A DNA stretch of 64,000 nt from NCBI GenBank assembly GCA_964016885.1, contig OZ024740.1, forward strand, positions 255,936,001 to 256,000,000, given 5' to 3'. The notes beneath the pieces were generated by a model. It was not told the origin of the DNA. It saw only the letters and a list, made by a program, of their open reading frames with translations, and ran no database searches. Positions 56,752 to 64,000 of this stretch are shown here, piece after piece; position 1 is the stretch's first letter, and each line of letters starts with the position of its first letter. Made by a program: the position numbers and the translations under genes. The DNA comes from Eledone cirrhosa. Taxonomy: Eukaryota.

Positions 56752-57150
56752 TAAACAAATAATGAATAAACAATTTCTTATATTAAACAAAAAAAGTTCA
56801 TTATTTAACGATCGTTTCTAGGATATATATGTGTTAGAGTTGGCATGCATATTCAACAGATCTATGTACAAAATTATACAAAATTATACAAACTATCAAG
56901 ATTAAATATACATACCAACACATATATACGCCGTCTTCAGAAATAATTATTTCTGAAGACGGCGTATATATGTGTTGGTATGTATATTTAATCTTGATAG
57001 TTTGTATAATTTTGTATAATTTTGTACATAGATCTGTTGAATATGCATGCCAACTCTAACACATATATATCCTAGAAACGATCGTTAAATAATGAACTTT
57101 TTTTGTTTAATATAAGAAATTGTTTATTCATTATTTGTTTAATATTTTAT
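56743..57150. repeat. 408 bp spacer-less palindrome with back-to-back hammerheads
   Basis: Axis between 56946 and 56947; no mismatch found by eye. Confidence 0.93.
56949..57090 (+). ncRNA. Type I hammerhead motif with about 115 nt stem II domain
   Basis: attt-CTGAAGA-cggcgtatatatgtgttgg...ctaacacatatatatccta-GAAAC-gatc-GTT-aaat. Confidence 0.75.
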
Positions 57151-57281
57151 CTTGACTCTGTATACCGTTTATCTTTCACCGAAAGTGATTTTTCATTACA
57201 CTTCTTCTTTCCATGATATCCGGAATACATTGAGTTCTTCATACGGATTGGACACTACCGTAAACTCTTGGTAGATTTATC

Positions 57282-57350
<69 letters not shown>

Positions 57351-57483
57351 TTATATATATATATGTGTATATATATACACACATATATATATACATATAT
57401 ATATGTATATAGATATACATATATATATATCTATATGTATATATGTATATATATACATATGTATATATGTATATATATATATA

Positions 57484-58965
57484 CCAGAGCATTAGAGTGA
57501 CTATAGACTACCCAACTAAACACCCCAACCATCGATTACCTGTACTAGACACAGAGCTCTGGTTAGATACCATTAACAACAAAAAACAAATCCTCCATTC
57601 CCATTATGCTAAACCCATGACTTCCAAACATCTGATCCACCGAAACTCGGCCGCTTCGGACCATACCAAAATCAACATACTGATTGCGGATTTGGTACGG
57701 GTTATGAGAAACGTGTCCCGCATGTGCAACCCCGAAGAACTAGAGACACATACAACACTTCATCCACCGTATGCAGTTCTCTGGCTACAATCAGAGAGAT
57801 AGAATCAGAGTGTATAGAGGAGCCAGAACCAAATGGGAAAAAAATGGTAAATAATGACATAAATGGGACCTGCCCCTTGTATAGGAGCAAATTTTGGAAT
57901 AGAATAGAAAGAACTAGGAACAAGGCTAATAGAATAAACTCATGGTATGATAGCAATAAATACCAGAGTGTAATGGTCATCGATACAAACCCTAGAGGTG
58001 AATTAGCTTACAAATTTAGAAGGGCCCTAAATAAACATAAACTCAATATTAAGATAGTAGACAGACCAGGTACCTCCGTAAAAACACTCATTAGCAAGAC
58101 ATACCCTTTTCAAAGACCCTCATGTATAGATAAGAAATGTATAACCTGTAAAATAAGCCCCCATATTAACTGTAAAACTAGAAATATAGTGTATAGCATA
58201 AGATGTACCGAAGGACAATGTAGAGACAAAAATATAGTGTACATAGGTGAGACAGCTCGTAGTGTAGTGGAACGAATAAATGAACACTGGCGAGACCTTC
58301 AAGATAGTAAGGAATCATCTGTACTCTACCAACATGCTAAAATAGAACACAAGGGTAAATTAGAGAACATAGAAATAAAAATAGAATCTACACACAGAAA
58401 AGACGCAATGTTTAGACAAATTACAGAAGCAATAAACATAAAAGAATTACAACCAAAATTAAATAGAAAATATGAGTGGAACAGCAACATCACAACTTAC
58501 AATTAAGGACAAAATGAAAACACACACACACATAGAACAAACAACAAACCAGTAACATGTAAATAAACAAATAAATAAATGAACATAAACATACACAGAC
58601 ACCCGGATGTGGCGCATGCGCAGACTGAGCACACAACACACACACAGAAACAAAATGGCGTAGGACAGAACAAAGGAGAGGCACAGAAACAAAGAAAGGA
58701 ATCCCCAGTCACTGAAGAGGTCACAGAGTGTGTGACGAAAGAACTATGACAATATATAAACAACTATCTGGTTGTGGAACCAACCAACCAACCAGAAATT
58801 TATAAATTTATAAATTTATTATAAATTTATTATAATAAATTGAAGTGAAAGCAACTGGTGCGTGTGTTTCTTATTGGCAACATGACCCTCCCAAAGTATA
58901 ACAATATCGGTTTCAACACACGATTTCAGATAAAGAATCTTGCTAAACAAATTCAGAAACGAAAT
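57484..58965 (+). mobile_element. Second Naiad-like PLE copy, 5'-truncated, HHR at 58708-58750
   Basis: Collinear with 611-2090; uninterrupted CIDKKCITC...C linker and GIY-YIG; gtca-CTGAAGA-g-gtcaca...tgtgac-GAAAG-aa-CTA-tgac. Confidence 0.92.
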
Positions 58966-59000
58966 ATATATATCTATATATATATATATATATATATATA

Positions 59001-59851
59001 CGAGGTGTGTCAGAAAAGTTCCAAGACTGATGTCACAAAAGATATATTTCAAACCCAAACTTCACACCACGAGTTTTCTCCTTCAAAGTAAACCCCCTGA
59101 GGTCTAATGCACTTTTCCATCCTTTTCTGCCACGCTTGCATGCACTCCTGGAAGGATTCTTCCGGGATCCTCTGCAGTTACGTTGTCACGGCCTTTTTGA
59201 TGTTGTCCACGTCTTTAAAACGGATCCCCTCTGGGTCGTACTCGAAGATCCATGATTCATCACCGGTGATGACTGTCCCTAGCAAGTCTTCGTTCTAGGA
59301 TGTCCTGGCACACTTGCATGCGTCGACCCTTCTGGTGATCGTTCAGCAGTTTTGGCACCATTTTCGCGCAGACTTTCCGCATGTCCAAATCTTCAGTGAG
59401 AATCTTCCAGATGCTGTCCCGATTCATACCCAGCTCATTTGCCATCAGTCGTACAGTCAGCCGACGATCGCTACGCACCATCTGCCTGACGCGCTCAACG
59501 TTGACCTCAGTCCTGGTTGTTGAGGGCTTTCCGCTCCTGGGGTCATCTTGCACCACACAAAAACACATAAGCGTGACATCGTCTCATCTCCATACACTTG
59601 CTGTAGAAATCCCAGTGCTTCTGACGGAGTTTTCAAGTATGTTGGTTGCTCTGTGCTCATTGCTTGACGACCTGAAATAGAGGACATGTATATACAATTA
59701 TGAAGAAAAAAGTTTGATCGCTGCAGAGAGCTAAGATTACAGTTACATACTCCAGGGGGATTACTTTGAAGGAGAAAACTCTTAGTGTGAAGTTTGGGTT
59801 TAAAATAAATCTTTTGTGACATCAGTCCTGGATCTTTTCTGACACACCTCG
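59001..59851 (-). mobile_element. Internally deleted mariner transposon with about 100 bp TIRs and TA flanks
   Basis: DDPRSGKPST, DRRLTVR, KVCAKMVPKLL, ITGDESWIFEYDP, RMEKCI...G.YFEG; TIRs 59001-59100 / 59752-59851. Confidence 0.93.
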
Positions 59852-59873
59852 TATATATAGATACACACACACA

Positions 59874-59904
<31 letters not shown>

Positions 59905-59932
59905 GCGCGCATGTATATATACATATATATAG

Positions 59933-60304
59933 TTGATATAGAAATGGCTTCTATAGGACTAGAACTGTTTCATTCGGAAGAAATCATCAGGAAAGCCGGA
60001 CTTTCCTGATGATTTCCTCCAAATGAAACAGTTCTAGTCCTATAGAAACCATTTCTATATTAAATATTTAGACTTTGTGTACCTAACTTACTGTGCTAAC
60101 CCCCATTAAACCCGGGATTTATATATATATATATATATAACTCATATATATATAGAGAGAGAGAGAAAGAGAGGGAGATGTATAAACGCAAACGCGCACA
60201 TACGCGCATGCACACACTAACATGTACATATATGTGTCCGTTATATATATGTATATATATATATATATATATATGTACATAAATTATTATATGTACATGC
60301 ATAT

Positions 60305-60373
<69 letters not shown>

Positions 60374-60533
60374 GAGATCAAAAGATGGTTAAAGGAGTTC
60401 AATATATTTTATTATGCGCATTTCAAAAACAAACATCATCAAACAATAATATTTGTGTTTTCATCAGATAAAACAGGAGAACATGATATGAAGGCTAAAA
60501 AAACACTTGTTGATAGTGCAGTTTTAAATCAAC

Positions 60534-60604
<71 letters not shown>

Positions 60605-60840
60605 AATATATATATAACCGCCATTAAACCCGGGATTTATATATATATATATAAATCCCGGGTTTAATGGCGGTTAGCACAGTAGGTTAGGTACTCAAAG
60701 TCTAAATATTTAATATAGAAATGGCTTCTACAGGACTAGAATTGCTTCATTCGGAGGAAATCATTAGCAAATTCCGGTTTTCCTGATGATTTCCTCCGAA
60801 TGAAACAGTTCTAGTCCTGTAGAAGCCATTTCTATATCAA
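59933..60840. repeat. Two mutually inverted fold-back HHR termini (59933-60120 and 60615-60840)
   Basis: Each is a hairpin (axes about 59998 and 60775); best HHR at 60780-60824: ttc-CTGATGA-tttc(ctcc)gaat-GAAACAG...CT-GTA-gaa. Confidence 0.85.
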
Positions 60841-60855
60841 ATATATATATGTATA

Positions 60856-60985
60856 TATAAACTAATATATATGATGAAACACAGATACCAACACATCTGT
60901 ATATATATTGCAAAAGAAAATTTTCTTTTGCAATATATATACAGATGTGTTGGTATCTGTGTTTCATCATATATATTAGTTTATA
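60856..60985. repeat. About 130 bp perfect palindrome
   Basis: Axis in gcaaaagaaaattttcttttgc (about 60920); the ORF track gives the same peptide on both strands. Confidence 0.9.
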
Positions 60986-61051
60986 CACGGCTCAGGGGTA
61001 TTTTCCTCCTTCGAGCTAATTCCATTGTAAAAGAATTCCTTACACTTAATA

Positions 61052-61099
<48 letters not shown>

Positions 61100-61103
<4 letters not shown>

Positions 61104-61678
61104 CACTGACGAAGGACTAATTTTATCATATGTAACCCATGTGCAACCACGCAGTATTCTTCTTTCTTCTCATGTTTTTATATATATTTACCTCGGCTGC
61201 GTTTGTCTGTTTTTCTCTTACTGCTTTCCCGGTCTCTCTGTTGCTCTCACCTTCTTTCGCCCCCTCTGTCAGTTACACTTTCTCTCGACTGACCTCTTCG
61301 TCGCACTTCCACTCACTCACTCTCTGTTTCTCCCCTTCTCACTTCCTCCCGTTTGGCTAGTAGTGGGTTTTCACGTCGGACGGCCGTATCTTGATCGCTC
61401 ATGAAATCCACCCAGCTTATGCTGACCGGATAACCATGTTGCTTGTTTATTCCCATCTTTGCGTTGCTTTCTTCCTTCTATATTGTTTACTTGTCTCACT
61501 CGCTTTACGCGATTTACTTGTCCCAATAGATTTTTTTTAGTTATTGCTCGCACCAACCTGAGGTATATGATTTTTAATGCGATGAAATATCAATGATGGT
61601 TGGCAAATCACTGACGAAGGACTAATTTTATCATATGTAACCCATGTGCAACCACGCAGTATTCTTCTTTCTTCTCAT

Positions 61679-61682
<4 letters not shown>
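61100..61682 (+). mobile_element. Non-coding unit (505 bp period) with rearranged HHR at 61548-61618
   Basis: About 77 bp terminal redundancy (61104 and 61609); tcgca-ccaacc-tg-aggtAT-A^-tgattt-ttaat-gcga-t-GAAAtatc-aatgat-ggttgg-c-aaatca-CTGACGA-a. Confidence 0.8.
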
Positions 61683-61714
<32 letters not shown>

Positions 61715-61752
61715 TTGCTACAATATTTTATATACTTTATGCGTGTGTGTGA

Positions 61753-61799
<47 letters not shown>

Positions 61800-61804
<5 letters not shown>

Positions 61805-62525
61805 CGTTTCTGAATTTGTTTAGTAAGATTCTTTATCTGAAAACGTGTGTTGAAACCGATATTGTTATACTTTGGGAGGGTCATGTTGCCAATAACACGA
61901 CCCTCCCAAACACTGGCGAGAGCTTCAAGATAAAGAAAAAAAAAAAAAGAATCATCAATACACCACCAACATGCTAAAATAGAACATACGGGCAAATTTG
62001 AGAACATAGAAATAAAAATAGAATCTACACACAGAAAAGACGCAATGTTTAGACAAAACACAGAGGCAATAAACATAAATGAACTCCAACCAAAATTAAA
62101 TAGAAAACATGAATGGAATAGCAACATCACAACTTACAATTAAGGACAAAATGAAAACACACATAGAACAAACAACCAATAACATGTAAATAAACAGATA
62201 AATAAACAAATAAAAATACACACAGACACCCGGATGTAACACATGCGCAAACTGAGCACACAACACACACAAAAACAAGATAACGTAGGACAGAACAAAG
62301 GAGAGGCACAAAACAAAGAAAAGAATCCCCAGTCACTGAAGAGGTCACAGAATGTTTGACGAAACAACTTTGACAATATATGAACAACCGTTCGTTTGTG
62401 GACCCAACTAACCACCCGGAAATTTATAAATTCTTAAATTTATAAATTAAATTTATAATAAATTGGAGTGAAAGCTACTTGTGCGTGTGTTTCTTATTGG
62501 CAACATGACCCTCCCAAAGTATAAC
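61800..62525. mobile_element. Naiad-like PLE end: inverted tail (61800-61893), then forward endonuclease end and tail with HHR at 62332-62374
   Basis: Matches 1410-2030. Confidence 0.88.
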
Positions 62526-62549
62526 TATATATATATATATATTTGTATA

Positions 62550-63041
62550 TAGACCTGTCTGTTTCTTTCTCACTGCTTCCCCTTTCTCTATATCTCTCAC
62601 TCTCTTTTTACCACCCCTGACAGTCTCTCTCTCAGCCGGCCTCTTCCTCACACTTTCACTCACTCACTCTCTGTTACTCCCCCTCTCTCACTTCCTCCTG
62701 TTTGACCTGTGTGAAATCCTTTTCTCGCTCACATCTCACCCAGGTCGGATGGTCTTTATCTCTCGTCTATGATTTCATAGAACTTAAGTTCATAGATATC
62801 ACGGTCTTGTTTCTTCTCTTCCTCTCTTTCCGTTGCATTACCATCTATGTTTGTTTACATGTCTCGCTCGCTTCACCCTAATTTACGCGTCCCAATATCT
62901 TTTTTTAGTTATTGCTCGCACCAACCAGAGGTATAGCCAGTCACTCTCTCTCAGCTGGCCTCTTCCTCACACTTTCACTCACTCACTCTCTGCTACTCCC
63001 GCTCTCTCACTTCCTCCCGTTTGACCTGTGTGAAATCCATT

Positions 63042-63045
<4 letters not shown>
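62550..63045 (+). mobile_element. Further copy of the rearranged-HHR family, ending at 62935 and followed by a partial re-copy
   Basis: gttattgctcgcaccaaccagaggtata| then a repeat of about 62621-62725. Confidence 0.75.
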
Positions 63046-63135
<90 letters not shown>

Positions 63136-63244
63136 TTATATGCTAGATCCAAAAGCAGTTTTGAGTACTCTGGTGACTGATGGTCTAGCTGGCTTTTACT
63201 GCATCCATTCTGATTTATATATATACAGTATATATATAATATAC

Positions 63245-63625
63245 AATGGTATTAAATAAATGGAAACTATATTTATAAAACCATATTTATTCTATTATAT
63301 TTATTTCAAGGGTACCAAAACTTTATTTCAAGGGTACCAAATCTTTGGTACGCTATCATCAGATAAAATACTAAGTGTGTTTTATAAATTTTGACATAAC
63401 CAAGGAAAATATACCTTAACGGTTCAAGTTTTCCTTAGATAGTCAAGATCTAAGGAAAACTTGAACAGTTAAGGTATATTTCCCTTGGTTATATCAACAT
63501 TTATAAAACACACTTCGTATTTTATCTGATGATAGCGTACCAAAGTTTTGGTACCCTTGAAATATATATAATAGAATAAATATCGTTTTATAAATATAGT
63601 TTCCATTTATTTAATATCATTGAAT
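63245..63625. repeat. About 380 bp imperfect palindrome with hammerheads (+ strand copy at 63522-63574)
   Basis: Axis about 63444; ttat-CTGATGA-tagcgtaccaaa(g)ttttggtaccctt-GAAAT-atat-ATA-atag; homologous tail at about 50770-50840. Confidence 0.85.
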
Positions 63626-63716
63626 ATTATACTCCAGAAAACATGTCGAGTGCTCTGAATCAGTTATAAACAATTATATTTGTTGGATTACCAACAAATT
63701 GAATATCCCTTCTGCT

Positions 63717-63756
<40 letters not shown>

Positions 63757-63770
63757 ATGTGTGTACGTAT

Positions 63771-63849
<79 letters not shown>

Positions 63850-63882
63850 ACACACACACACACACACACGCACGCACACACG

Positions 63883-64000
<118 letters not shown>

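Noticed and set aside
61555-61617. Box D'/C'/D-like words (CTGA, ATGATG, CTGA) suggesting a C/D snoRNA
   Set aside because: The first CTGA and ATGATG are not conserved in sister copies (cgga, acgacg), and the hammerhead model explains the conserved bases better.

Overview
AT-rich, microsatellite-saturated eukaryotic DNA ((TA)n, (CA)n, (GA)n, (TATG)n, (TATC)n). The repeat content suggests an invertebrate, probably a cephalopod or other mollusc; this is inference. I recognise no intact host gene, and most ORFs in the track are microsatellite artefacts. The window is a nest of decayed retroelements: Penelope-like elements (PLEs) of two types (Naiad-like; Hydra-like with a CxCx5Cx5C linker), a near full-length RTE/BovB-type LINE with C-terminal C2H2 fingers, two R4/Dong-type LINEs in (CATA)n and (TAA)n, an internally deleted mariner, MITEs and tRNA-derived SINEs. 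The main non-coding signal is about 20 hammerhead-ribozyme (HHR) motifs from roughly a dozen unrelated families. Many sit in fold-back palindromes or partial tandems inserted in (TA)n. Best candidate for a new system: a non-coding 505-650 nt repeat family (36.0-37.7 kb, 61.1-63.0 kb) that carries all HHR catalytic-core nucleotides in a non-circularly permuted, pseudoknotted order. Its helices covary across three diverged copies, and one copy ends exactly at the predicted cleavage site. All alignments and folds were done by eye, and element boundaries are approximate.
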